Assembly: GCA_905331295.1 (NCBI GenBank) | Contig: CAJNYD010000069.1 | Location: 248,001 to 312,000 of the forward strand | From: Rotaria socialis | Lineage: Eukaryota | Direction of reading: 5' to 3' | DNA length: 64,000 nucleotides | Part shown: positions 16,629-30,485 of the stretch, piece by piece | How positions within the stretch are numbered: the stretch's first letter is position 1 | Layout: each line of letters begins with the position of its first letter | Position numbers and translations under genes: made by a program | The notes under the pieces: model-generated | What the model was told of the DNA's origin: nothing | Databases searched by the model: none | Seen by the model: only the letters and a program-made list of their open reading frames with translations

Positions 16629-18420
16629 ATATCATCCTTAATTTAAGAAAGAAAAAACAACAACTATATACACATTCCAATTCTTTATATTTGTGCGTGT
16701 TTTGCTTCATTTCTGCGAATTCAAAGAAAAAAAAATATATATATACATATAGAAATACTAATACTAGTACTATTGGCTAAATGACAAATGGTTAAAGATG
16801 TGTTGCGCATACATATATACACATGCCTATATTCGTCCTTTGTTTATAATAGACCCGTGTACAATACCAATGAATGAACTGGCAAAAATAAACAAGATCA
16901 AAGCAAACGACACAAAGGATGCATACATCTGCATATACGACCTAAGGCAGTCGATGGTGCTCTCTATAAAGTTAAAAAGGAACTGTATATACTTCAACTG
17001 GTTGATAACTATCGGGTGTTGATGATTATTGAGTGTACTATTGACTATAATGGCATTAGGATCAGTTCGATGTTTTCTGTTTTTTAAAGATATTCTAGAT
17101 GAGATTAGAATCTTATATAAATAGATTTGTTTTTTAAGCAAAAAGGGTCTATTGTTTAACCAACTGGAGTGATCTGAAAAGAAAAATCGAAGAAATGACT
17201 TTTTATTATTATAATAAAAGTTTTCTTTGTCCGTAAGCATTACCAATGAACGGAATTATGCTTATAGTAGATGAAGTTTTGATAAGACAAATATATGAAT
17301 ATTCTATGATAGTTATACTGAAAATTACCAAAACGAAACGCGATTGATTTTGTAGGTGTTCTCAGGTCGAATTTTCTTTCGACACAATTACGAATAACAA
17401 ATTTAGATTACTACGTAGTGTACAGATAGTTAACATAAATGTAAAGGGAAAGCAGATTAGATTTAATATTTGATTAAAAAAGTGAAGCTAAAAACTAATT
17501 AACTTTGATTTTCTATCAGTCTTAAGTAAAAAAAAAAGCGTTTCTATACTCATTTAGATAATAAATTATCTAGTATGAAATCTAGATGTCGAATTGATAA
17601 AAAGTTCTATTTTGAATCATCAATTATAGAAAAACAATTTTTGTAATAGACGTTGCTAGAAAAAGCAGCTTATAGGGTAGAGTTGTTTTCTCAACAAGAT
17701 GGATTGAAAGCATGAAGAAACCACCCTTCGATATATCTATCTTATTTCTAATGATAATGATACACAAAAACACTCATTCTTATTCATGTCATCGCAACAT
17801 TTTATAACGAACAATTGTAGTCGCAATTTTGTCCTGCTAATTAATAATTGAACAAAGATAAAATATCTCAGAAAAATAGACAATCACGTTTTTTACGAAT
17901 AAAAATGTGTAATGGGATTTTAGGGTATTTTATCGAAATTTCCTCTACCGGAGGAGATAGAATCAACTACTTTTCGAAAACACAAACGTAGCAACAGTAT
18001 TTTGTGCAGTAACCACTGATTCTAAAAGGGTCGATTCAATCTCCAGAGAAATATCAGCCCACTCACCACCGATCCTACAATAAGTTGTAATTTCTATTTT
18101 TGTTTCCATAAATATTTATCGCTTATCGAAATCAAAATGCATGACAATATTTACAATTATCAAAAAGTAATTCGTTGGATGACACTCAAAGGTAACTTTT
18201 TTTTATGTTTTTTTTTCTCATCGTTCTGTTGTGTAAAATAAATATGTATAAGTAGTTTTTTTTTGTATTTCTCTGCTTCATTTCTGCACTTGTGTATCGT
18301 TTCGGTTAATGCACACACATATAAAAGCAGCTAGAAGAGAACGTAAATTAAAAAAAACTCAATAGGATGAATGAGATTTATATTATTTATCAATTCTTTT
18401 TATAATATTTTTCTAGGAAA

Positions 18421-21149
18421 ATGCAGACAAATGAGTCAGCAAGTAGATCATCATTATCTTCGATGATTGGTGAAAATCATGAAATATTTAGTTTAGTTTG
18501 GCTTGATATTTCACCATCAGATGATACACATGATAGTATTGATGTACAACAGCAACTTCGATCCATTATTAATCATTTAATAATTTTTCAAGATACTGAA
18601 GAATGTGAACAATATATTACATCGGCATCTAAAGAGGACCGATTAGTATTTATTATTAATGAAAAATATGCTTTAAAAATGATTAAAAATATATACGATA
18701 TCCGGCAAATTATTTCATTTTATATTCATTCAACAGATGATAATCAAGATTATCAATGGACTTCTCAATATAAAAAGGTTAGAAATAGTTCAAAAGTTTT
18801 CACAGAGATTTATAAATTGTAAATGAATGTATCGGTGTTTTTCTTTTCTCATGCGATCCAACGCTTATTTACCTGTATGAAATAGTCACATCGTAGATAT
18901 TTTATTGAATAGGAATTATCAAAAAAGTGACATCAGAGTATGGCACATTGAAAATACTATTGACAAAAAAAAATCTTCAATCTATACTTTAGGAAATTTT
19001 ATTAAAAATAAAATTATGAACATTTTTTAAGACACTCCTAGCGTTTCATTTTTTAGCTATGAAGAAACCCCCTCTTTCAAATTCAACGCTATAACTGATT
19101 TCTAGACTGTCAGTTGATACTAAAGTCTATACAGAGACAAATCTTCATAGAAATAAGTTCACACTATTTGCTTTGCCTCTATCCTAAGACATACTTCGTT
19201 TTTACGATAGAAGCACGTCAAATTAGTACGACAAAATTCGAAAATTTCATTTTCTGTACGCCAATTTTAAAGCATAGTTTCCCGACAGCGATCAGTTAAG
19301 GATTTGAACTTTTTTCTGGACACTGATGCAAGTCATGCATCAGTTGTGGGATTGACCTTCGCTATTGATCGTAAAATTATTCATAGTTTAAAAATAGCTG
19401 AGAGTTCTTTGCATTCAATTTAAGAAATGTAACCCTTACATTATCTTCATACGAATATGAAAATATGTTATATATGTGTAGATTAAATCAATCAAAAGTG
19501 ATATTAATGAATTAATTTCTAACATAAAAGTTGACCATGCAAAACAAAGGAAACTCGAAGAACCGATACCAATCAATGTATTTGATGCAAATCAATCGAT
19601 AGACCGGTTGGTATCGAATGCTAATACAGAATTTCTTCATTCACAATTGTTAATTCATTTTTTACTGCATATTGAATTAACCAATGAACAAATAACGGAA
19701 AATAAAAAAGAACTAATGGAATTATGCAAAAGAATATATCATGATAATTCGAATCAACTGAAAATTTTAAATGAATTCGAACATAATTATGTATCATCAA
19801 ATGCATTATGGTGGTATACATTCGATTCATTTTTATATCAACTATTAAATAAATCATTGAATTCAATAAACATTGATTTACTCTATTTATTACAATTTTT
19901 TATTTGTGAACTTACGCAACAATTAGAAAAAGATCAATCGTCATCTATAGTTCGTGTCTATCGTGGTTATGTATTATCTAATGATGAATTAGAATTATTT
20001 AAAGAATCAACTGGAAAATATATATCAATAAATACATTTTTTTCAGCATATATTCGTCGTAATGATGCGCTTGATTATTTAAATAACTATGAACACGATA
20101 TTAATCATGCAAAAAAGGTTCTATTTAAAATTGATATTGATCCACGTTTATTGCATATAAAACCATTGGCGAATATAACAATACATAGTCAAGCAACGCA
20201 CGAAGAAGTTTTATTTTCATTAGGCAGTATATTTCGTGTTAATGATATACACCGAGGAAAAAATGAACCCTACGTTGTAACTTTAATATTATGTAGCGAT
20301 GATACTCATCAATTAAAGCCTGTCTTTGATTATATTAAACATCAGTTTGATGAAAATAGTATAAATCTTCTATCATTTGGCAATGCATTAAAACGAACAG
20401 GAAAATTAGATGAAGCGGAAAAATGTTATCAGCGCTTGCTTCATGATTCGACGTATAATAAAATTTTCATAAGTCGTTCCTATCATCATTTAGGTCGTAT
20501 AGCTGAAAGAAAAGGCGACTATGATGCAAGTCTTGAATGTTTATACAAATCATTAGAAGTTAAATTAGAGATTATGAAACCAAATGATCCAAGCATTGCA
20601 CAAAGTTATAATTGTATTGGCATTGCCTATCAACAACAAGGCAATCTTGAAAAAGCACTTGACGCATTTAATAAAGCGTTAACGATTTGGAGACGTGCAT
20701 ATGGAAAAAATCATCCGAATGTAGCTGGATGCTATAATAATATGGGAGTAGTTTATAAACGAGCAAAAAGATATGTTGAAGCTCTTGAATCTTTTCACAA
20801 AGCATTGGATATACGTGAAAGACATCCTTCGACTAGTTCTCATGATTTAGCTGGATCACATAATAATATTGGTGCTGTTTATGAACGTCTTGGCCATCAT
20901 GATCTTGCCATTGAACATTATAGTTTATCTCTTAAAATGAAATCTAAATCTCTTCCAACACAACATCCATCCATAGCATCGACATTAGAAAATATGGGCT
21001 ATGTGTACGAAAATACAGGTGCAAATTTACAAGCATTGTCATATCTTGAAAGAGCAGCTATGATATATCGGCATTCGCTACCACCTACACATCATGATGT
21101 CATGCAGATTGAAGAAAGTATTCAACGTGTGTCATTGAAACTGTACTGA
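18421..21149 (+). CDS. TPR-repeat protein with an ADP-ribosyltransferase (ART)-like central domain, about 674 aa, 2 coding exons
   Basis: Exon 18421-18777 (SLVWLD..QLRSIINHL..ECEQYI), phase-0 intron, exon 19482-21149. Motifs WWYT..FLY..LN, VYRG, NTFFSAY, HEEVLF, then six TPRs (e.g. SYNCIGIAYQQQGNLEKALDAFNKAL). Confidence 0.88.
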
Positions 21150-21909
21150 TTAGTTCCTATTTTTTTTTATCTATAAATATACTTATTCATTAAAGAAAAA
21201 CATTGTCGAAATTTTTATTTTACACGAGGAAAATCGAGCTTGCGGCTAATGACGTTTGTTATTTTTATACTTCAATGGAGGTGTACGTTATTAATAGACT
21301 TTTTATAATAATTACTATGTTGTATATGTATACATATATATATATATTTAAAATACAATGAGGTTTTTTAATATCTATATAGAGGTATCGGTTTGGGTCA
21401 AAAAGTTTAGCTTTTTTCTATTTCTTGCTTACCATTTTGTACACTTTCAGGTCTCCAGTTTGAAAAGAGAGAAAAAATAATTTTATACTAGCTCAGTTTA
21501 GAGAACTGCCAATACGTAGCGAAAATTTCAATCTATTCTTTTTTTCGTATACATACAGATATCATTGAAGATTTACTCGGCCAAAATTTACATAATGTTT
21601 TCAATGAAGTTTGTATTAGGTTCTATTTCTTAATTGATTACAAGTTTTGTCAAGGCAAAATCTTTTTTTAGGAAAAGCGATACTGTTGTTCGTTAACTAA
21701 ATAAGTATTCATTAAAGTATAATGGGATCTTCTGATCAAATACGAATTAATATGACCGTCACAGATGACTATAAGAGAATGAGCTTGAAAAATAAAATCC
21801 GATGATCATAATACTTTCGAACGATCGGTTCTGACCTAGACAAAAAATTGGTTGAAACAAAAGTAAGAGACATTCGATGATATTTTCATAGGTTATACGA
21901 AACAGATGT

Positions 21910-23038
21910 CTACATAATGTCAGTGTCGAAACATTCAAAAAGTGACATGTAAATATTCATCACTGTCTCATAGGTTTCTTTTGAATGTGTTACACCTGGC
22001 ATCGAACCCTCATGACCAAAATACCGACGACCATTATTCTTCATTAGCCAATACCAATCAAGTCTAACATCAACGTTAGCTAGTTGATCTGCTGAATTCG
22101 GGCTGTAGTATGGTATCAGCCCATCATCGATTGGTCTTCGCATTTCGACAATAGATTGATGACGAAGAATGCTAGAACCATTATTGAGAAACATCTGAAG
22201 ACAGGTGGCTCGGGAACGAGCCGACATACGCAACACACCGGCAGGGTAGATACTAAATTCATAGAATGGAATTTGTAACCATGTAGGAAAGTCCTTTTAA
22301 AAGATTATAGATATGAATCATGGCAGCTGTAGCAACTAATTTACGGAGATTTTTGCGATATTAAATTTCGGTAATTTTTCGTGCCACACTTCGAGAGAGA
22401 ATTCATTGTATGCGTAAACATAATGTTGTACCAAATCTTCAATGTTTGAAAAATCAGCCAATCGAACACCGATTTTATTGTTGTCAATTCCTAATGGTTT
22501 TAAAATTTTTGCTTCAACATAATCAATATAAGACATGTTTGACACTTTTTCGGCAACCAATGCAGCTAGACTATTGCCCTCATTCGAATATTAAATTACT
22601 GTGCCTGGTGGTTGCGGTAACCAATTTGATGTGTGTTGGATTGATAATTCTGTAACATGCGTCTGTTAATGATTCGGCAAATGCTGTATCACCTGGGTGA
22701 TAATAACTATTGGTTACTTGACGACTGGTAGCAGTCGAAGCCGAATATGAAAGTAATTTGCGTAGAGTGACCGAATTAGAAGGAAAATCTGGATGAAAGA
22801 TACGTTTCTGTGGTTCTGATAGATATGGATTAATGTGTCTTTTTGGTGTTAACGACTGATGACCGAAGGCTTCTGCGTACAGCGTATCAGTTGCATTGAT
22901 CACCATAACTACGGCTCCAGGTATAAGGTCTTTTTTAAGAGATTTCTTTGTCCATTCTCGATTCGAACAATTCATCGAGCTAACTGTGGCGCAGATCGTT
23001 AAAAATACAACGAGTCTTATTGAAAATCAACCTACCAT
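21910..23038 (-). pseudogene. beta-lactamase-family (class C/serine hydrolase) pseudogene
   Basis: ATG 23038 then TGA at codon 4 within a signal-peptide-like segment. Motifs IPGAVVMV, VTLRKLLS, YSN, YPAGVLRMSAR, FGHEG. Frameshift near 22625, stop just before YSN, SxxK region absent. 51-bp GT-AG intron at 22294-22344. Confidence 0.85.
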
Positions 23039-23920
23039 TTTGTAACTATCCCTGGCAATAGAATAATTCACCTGTGTTGTAACGCGATGCTCGTATCTAT
23101 TTTAACTAGATTTTTTTCAATCTCTAATATAAAGAAGTACAATAATTAAAGTGCTGATTTTTCTCATTGTGGTTTTCGTTCTGCTAAGCTGTTTTGATCT
23201 CATGATGAAACTAAGGCACTGCTAATATTTGCAAACAGTGACAAATCCTCTAGAAATAATGTTAAACATGTAGAAATATCTACTATACAACGTGCTATTG
23301 AACCGATAATGTAGTTTTAGTGCAATCATTGTTGTTTTTAACAATTATTCTATTAAAATATTGGATCACAGAAGCAAACTAAATTTCATGTTACAAATTT
23401 TTAATCTTTCATAATCCATCATTCACATAATCTTCTATAACTGATCAGTTAAATCAATCTTTTCAAGTATATTTAACTAATTTTTTTCTTTCTTACCTTA
23501 GAAATCTTCTTGTATTGTAATTGAATATTTTCTTCATTTTATACTAACTAAAATTTATCTCGTATTTTCCTGAAAGAAATTATATATTTCTGATAATCAA
23601 AATAATCATGATTATTCAAACATAGTAAGTCTTGTATATATACAAATTCAGAAAACTAAACACAGGCCACATTGTATAAGGGAAAATGAAAATACGTCGC
23701 ACATCAGAGATATAGCAAAACGAAACTCATTTAGACAAAAAAAAACGAACAAACTATTGAGATCTAAATAAATGAATAATAATGACAGATAAAGTATGTG
23801 CACAAAATATTTTGTTAAAAAAACTCTATCAAAGAAAAAAGCTCTTAGTACGTGTTCATTAGAATAACCAAAATCTATCGTTTGTACAAGTAAAAATTAT
23901 AGAAAAAAAAAATAAACTCA

Positions 23921-26900
23921 TTAATTACTGCTCATTACTACTTGTTCGGCTTCTTTATTTGGATCAAGATCAGTTGCTAAACGAATAGCTGCAATAAGAG
24001 CCTAAATAATTGAATGTCCAGAAACGAAGTTAAATCGAAACAGAAAATTTTCTTACTGCATCAGGATCCATAGTAGGCGAAGGCTCACGAGGTCGAACTG
24101 GTGGTTGCAACTAAATAAACATCAAATAAAAAAAAACACAATCAACGGCATACGTGATCACTTACCGGAACATTAACATAAGTTGGCGGTAGTGGTGGCC
24201 GCGTCGGTTTTACTTCCTGAATGGTAGAAAGAAAACATTATTTTAGTTAAAATCATAGATTTTATGTTAACATGAACGATGAAATTAATTTCTCTGTCTA
24301 ATGTTAAAATACTTAGCCTCCAATAACCGAAACATAAGATCTTTCTAATAGATAGGAATTCAAAATTTACAAATTAAAATATATTCAGAGAAAAAATATA
24401 AGTTTAGAAATTGATATTGCTTGCGTTCTAATTCAACAAGAAAATACGACATTCACTATGTCCGTATGAACACAAGGTATGTGTAGACACGCATAGCATA
24501 AAGCGAGTCAATACTATTTATCGTACTTAAATGAGCTCTTTCTCCACTCTCTCGAGTTCTCTTTTCGTTCTACTTCTAATAGTCTAAAGTGTGTCTTCTC
24601 GCAATTTCGATTCAAGTGAAAAAGCCAGATGCTTCGTTCTAGTTACTATTGCAGCACGATCATGATTTATCGTGAAGTATAAGTAATTTAAAAAAAAACG
24701 TATTCTAGATTATGAGCTCCTTAAAGGCTCATTATCTTGAAGTTTTATTAAAAAAGTGTGGCTGCTATATAAGAGACTTTCACCCAGGGATTCATGACAA
24801 AACATAACATACCGATATTTTTGGCGGTCTTGGCGGAGGAACCTACGAAAAAAAAAGAACATTCCATTTAAAAATAGCTAACGATAATGAGAAACAATTC
24901 TTACCGGTACTTGCTCAATAGGTTCCTGTTCTGGTTTCTTTTTCACATATGCATATTCTGGGTCTTTTACAACTATAGGCGCTGGATATTCATATTCATC
25001 TTCATCATCATCGTTCTAAATAAAACGAAAAAAAATGCAATTAACCATAAAAATCTTATTTCTATCAGCCAACAAATTCATGCATATGTGGTTTTTATTC
25101 ATTCCAAAAACAAAATTCCGTTTTTTCCTTCATGCCTGTTACCTTAATAACTATATCTATTTCTATAGAAAATCAAGAGATGTAAAACAAAAATGAGATG
25201 AAACTACAAAGAATCACTACGTACATTCGATAGATGTATTCGACGTTTTTCATAGAATGGTTCAATACTTTGAGGTCTTGGTAATGTTTTTACAACAACT
25301 GATTTAGTCGGACGATTTAAGTCACTGCCAGCTAAAAGAAATAAAATTCAAATATAAACAAAATGTTGCGCTTATAAAACAATATTTAGTGAGTGATTTT
25401 AATAAGCAAGAGGCAGAAAAAAGAATTTTCACCTGAAGTAGAATTGCTCACTGAAATATGAATTATTTAGAAAGTGACAATAATTTATTCAATTTAATTC
25501 TTACAAGCATCAAGACTTTTTGCCATTCGTTTGTTTAATGCTCTTTCGAAATCAGGATTTGGCCTATCTTGCGTTAATTGACGAGCTTGATGATATGTAT
25601 ATTTTCCTGTATAACGAAATGTTGAATTGAATCTTGGTAAAATTGGTCGTTTGCGAATTTCTTCTGGTTTTCGAAGACTAAAAAGAGACGAGATTCAATT
25701 TTTGGAAAAATGCATTATTATCTACCGAAAAAATGCATGATGTTCAACAGCTATTTTCCATAAAGATTTTGCTGCGCGATATGAAGCTAATTTAAAACCA
25801 ATCGTACTTTCATATTGATCAAACTTTCAAAGGAAAAAGAAATAGCATTTAATTTTTTTTCTAATAAGAATTAATACGAACATCACTTGGACGAAGTTTA
25901 ATAAAAAAATATCTTTTTTTATATGAAATTTTCAAAATTTTTGGCCAAGCAAAACGATTTATCCGTAATTTATCTCGATAGACTAATAAACCATTAGCTG
26001 ATACCCCGATGTTAATAGGAACGTTTTCTGAATCCTACAAAATAATTAACAATTAGATCAAAAAAAAAAGAATTATTTTATCAAGTTGTACTTGTGCTAG
26101 ATGTAAATCTACACCATACATCGCTATTTTTTTTGCATTTTCAAGAAAATGTAAATCCGCTGCATTTGGCGGTTGGCCTCTATGAATTGAAATTGGAAAA
26201 TACTCCGTATAAAATCTCATGACATCAAAAACATACTTGTGTCTTTTATGCTGTTCATGTATACGTCGTAGTAATTCTGAATCTGGGTCGACAGGTGCAA
26301 ATTTAAGATGTTCTAAATAATGATGTGATGGACCGTGTTGAAATTCATCGTAATCTCCGAATTCAGCTTGAGCCGTATATGAACCCAATAGAGCATAGGT
26401 CACAAATGAACATGGTAATCTTTTAGTAAAACAAAAATCATTGTCAGAAAATACATAATTTTAAAATAAGCTCTGTGACCTACTTGCCAGAAACAATATC
26501 ACTTCGTATTTGAAGACACATGTGATATCTATACATATAAATCAATAAACAAATATTTCGAAGGATGAATATTGATATGCAAATTTTGTTCTGTTTCCTT
26601 TTATGGTTTAGACGTGATTCATAAAGTTATGTACGTAGTTTGAAAGAAATTCAAGATTTATCTTTCATTTTTGAGAAATTCATCTATTTTTCTTTTGTAA
26701 TCAGGTCCGTGCGATCTTGAAAAAAAGTCTCACTGTGCAAATCAAATACAACCTATTTATGAGTACTATTAAATATACTTGACATATATAGTAACTTATT
26801 TGACAGTGCATGAATTAGTTGCCAATAAATAAATATATATATATATGTTCTTCATTTCATTCTGTTATAAATCTCAGTGATAGAAAATAGCAGGCAAATA

Positions 26901-28510
26901 TATGCGATAACAAGAACAAAATAAATGTTTATTATATCTATAAAATTTATTCTGACCTCGCCTTTCGTTTCAAACATGAAATTACTAATATTAACACACA
27001 CAATTTAATAAAAGCTTTCTATTATTTCATTTTCTATTGTGATCACGCCCAAGTGAATAAGGTGGAACGGATGATAAATTCTTTTTTCTTTCTCGACGAG
27101 ATTGAATAATGTTACATAAAACTTAGGTCAAATAGACTGTAATTAACTCGAAATAAATTCTCCGTTGGTGTGACCAGAAGTAACTATAACTGAAAGGGGG
27201 AGAGTATAACGTAATCTTTTTTTGTTGTTAGGAAAGGAAGGATTTTTTTCTTTTAATACAATGTGAAAAACAGAGAATTTTAGCTCCTCTGGGAAAAATG
27301 ACCAATAATTAAAGAAGATCTTACACTCCCTACAGACGAATCAAGACTAGAATTTTTAACAAAAAACTAAGAAATCTGGCTTATTGAAAAGCAAAAGAAA
27401 CATTTTGACCATTATATTTACTATTTAACACTTAGTCAAATTTATAAACGGATTGTTGCCACTTGAAACTTTCAGGTTAATCACTCTTGTCATTCAAAAC
27501 AAAGCATATATTTTCATTATGAACCTGTTCACTTCGCTTTTTGTTTCTAGTCAACGCATATGTTATCTTTTACTATTTTTATCTTTTCATTATCCTGTTC
27601 TATTCAATTTGATATGCTGACTTACTTTGACATTCATATTTTTCCTTAAAGTATGTTAATACTAACCGAGTAAGATCATCTTGGAGTAGAGCAGGTTCAG
27701 GAGGATAAAATTTGACTTGGAAGTAAAATACTGGATCAACGTCTGAAAACAAAACAAAAACCGGTTATTTCATTTCTCACATTAAGGGTATCTTTTTCAA
27801 ACCTTTCAATTGACTTATAACACGTTTATCGTTATCTAACCATGTCTAAATTGGTTAAAAAATTTAAAAAAATGATATTTCCTTTAAAAAAATCAAGAAC
27901 TAACTTGATTCTTTTCATTATTTATAAATTTTAATCCAAAATAATCTCGTTCTTCGAGATTCATTAAGTCACATACACGATTAGCTAATATTTTACCCGT
28001 GTCTTCTTTCTATCAAAATACAAAATTTCATCTATAAACTCATTTATCGTTATTCATATATTTTTTGTTTACTTTTAAAGCGACAAATTGTTCAGAATTA
28101 TCTAGCATGACAATACAGGCGTTTGATTCATTATTTGATGATCTATTCACGTCGCGTTCATTTGTAGTTCTTGTTCGACTTTGACTTTTTCTACGTTCTT
28201 TCTCTTCATTTTGACGTGCCTTCTTTTCATCTTTTTCTTTTTGACGTAGAATCCGTTTTTCATTTGCTTCCTAATAATAATAGAATTAACATTCAATAGA
28301 TACATGTTAACAATAGGAAAAAAAATGTTTTGATTTTACTTCATTTTTTTTCGATTTCTTATTAGTTTTTCCTTCTGTTTCATAATCTGCAACTGGTGGT
28401 GGAAGCATGTCATTACTGAAATTTGGATCTTGCTGATCATCATCATCATCATCATCATATTGTATTGAACCACTTAAACGATCAGTATCAAAACTATCAC
28501 CATCATTCAT
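23921..28510 (-). CDS. protein 4.1/Coracle family FERM-domain protein, many exons
   Basis: FERM motifs [80 protein letters not shown]-adjacent FRYTGK. Last exon [16 protein letters not shown] resembles the tail of the 4.1 C-terminal domain. Stop at 23921-23923. Confidence 0.9.
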
Positions 28511-29347
28511 TGAACGACGTTGAGGCTGAAAAGTATAACAAAATAATTTTAATGCTTGACATGAGTTTTTGGTTCCTTTTATTTTGAATTTACATTTACA
28601 AAACTTCGAGTAGTCGGTTGGAGATAATCCATAATGAAAAACGAAGATGACCTTGAACGAAGTGAGAAACAGATTCGAGTAATTTCATTCAATGTATCAG
28701 TGGTTAAAGATCAATAGAGATTTTGACAATTATACTACCAATAAAATCAGATTTTTATTATTTTATTCGAAATAAAATAAATTTTATTTAACAAAATCAA
28801 TAGAACGCCTTTCTTTCTTCCATTTCAATGAAAATGATTTTGATAGAATAGATGTCACTAGATGACAATTGTTTGAGACTAATTGTTTGCCTTGCGGATA
28901 TTCGTATGATTACTTCATGAATTGAGTATTTATAGAAAAATTGATGAATTTTTCTTGTTACCGTGAAATCATGACAATTACGCTTGATGGCATTGCCTCA
29001 TAGCATAAAGATACTCTTAAATATCTGCCAAACAGACATAATATAAAAAAACGTACTTACATTTGTTTCTTAGTTATATTACAAGTCAATCTACAATCAT
29101 TTATCTAGCTTCCATCACGTTGATCTTATGCTTTTGATTTCTCAAGTTTTGTTTTATTAGTTAATGGTAACCTGTTATCTTAGAATTTTCTTATTCACCT
29201 TGACGATGTCAATCGATGATGATCGTCCTCGTTGTCTTGCTGAGTATATGTCAATAGAAACAATAAAATAAAATACTGCGATATAGTAATCATGTAAACG
29301 GATGTCGAATTTTCCTGTAGTTAAATACACACTAAATACTAGTTCAG

Positions 29348-29583
29348 CCTAGATGACAGAATCTGACTGTAAGATCTTGTAAGATTCTTATAAGAACTCG
29401 TAAGATTCTCCGAGAAACATAAAGCCTGATTCGTGATGTAAGATCCTATAGTAAGATTTTATCAGATTTTTGTAAGATTCTTGTATGATTTTTATACGAT
29501 GAGACAGACTTCATGATTTTATTGTAAGATTTTATAAGATGCATAAGATTTTTGTCAGATTTCATAAGATTGATGGACCTGGG
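29348..29583. mobile_element. degenerate MITE with internal GTAAGAT(T) subrepeats
   Basis: Termini cctagatgacagaatct / agattgatggacctggg form a degenerate inverted repeat. More than 10 taagat-like subrepeats. TSD imperfect (ag vs aa). Confidence 0.6.
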
Positions 29584-29700
29584 AATCTATATTTTATAGT
29601 AATATTCTTTCTGCATTATGATTTTCTAAGATATATAAAACAGTGATCCGCGTGGGATGGGACAGTCTCATCCCATCCCATTCGTCCCATGGTATGGGAT

Positions 29701-29968
29701 CCCAGGACAATCATTTCGACCGTCAGAACGGGCATCTTAACAGACCTGAAGCGGCTATAAAACGCTATAATAAGGTATTAATTTTCACCTTATTTCGCCG
29801 TAATGCGTCACCTCATTTTACGGACCGTTTTTTGCTAGAAGGCGGTCATCGTTTTAAATGCTATATTCGTCGTTTTCCGAGCTGACGGGAAACGGCGCAG
29901 TTTTTTAACGTTTTATACCGTTTTTACGCCGTTTACGACCATTTACGTACCGTTTTCTTGGAGATGGG
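29701..29968. mobile_element. CCC...GGG MITE with 2-bp TSD (CMC/EnSpm-like), nested in the hAT element
   Basis: Starts ccca, ends tggg, flanked by AT/AT. Removing it restores the host motif catggtatgggataagac, which matches the opposite host arm. Internal accgttt subrepeats. Confidence 0.7.
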
Positions 29969-30237
29969 ATAAGACATAAATTTTCTGAGTCGTCCCATGG
30001 AACGAATAAATATTATATGAATCTATTCTTTTTACTAAAAACAGTAGTCCTTTCATTATAGATTTCGTACCCAACTGTGTGAGAAACATAGTTAAAAATA
30101 CAAACGATACGTGGTTCAGTAGTGCACCCATTTCTATTCAATGTAATTACAACAAAAATAATAATGATCTACGCGTAGAGAAAAAGATGCAATTTGATCT
30201 ATTGTAACAGTAACAATTGATTTAGTTATTGTGGCTT

Positions 30238-30485
30238 CCCATGTCACAAAAATCGCGTCACTTTTGCCGATTAATCTCGATTTTATCTGCTGTCTTGCCA
30301 TAGCGACAATGGAAAAAAAATCGCCCATTGATTGTGAGATTTTGTCGCGATTAATTTCACAATTAGTCGGTGATTTTTTCTCCATTGCCACTATAGCAAC
30401 ACAGCAGATAAAATCGCGATTAATCGCCGTTTTGGTTCAATATCGTGATTAATCGGCAAAAGTGACGCGATTTTTGTGACATGGG
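30238..30485. mobile_element. palindromic CCC...GGG MITE with 2-bp TSD, nested in the hAT element
   Basis: About 44-bp near-perfect TIR cccatgtcacaaaaatcgcgtcacttttgccgattaat plus a second internal inverted pair. Flanked by TT/TT. Confidence 0.9.

Noticed and set aside
29365..29570. Recurrent gtaagat repeats resembling a CRISPR-like array
   Set aside because: Units are only 7-9 bp and irregularly spaced, with no unique spacers or cas genes; they are MITE subrepeats.
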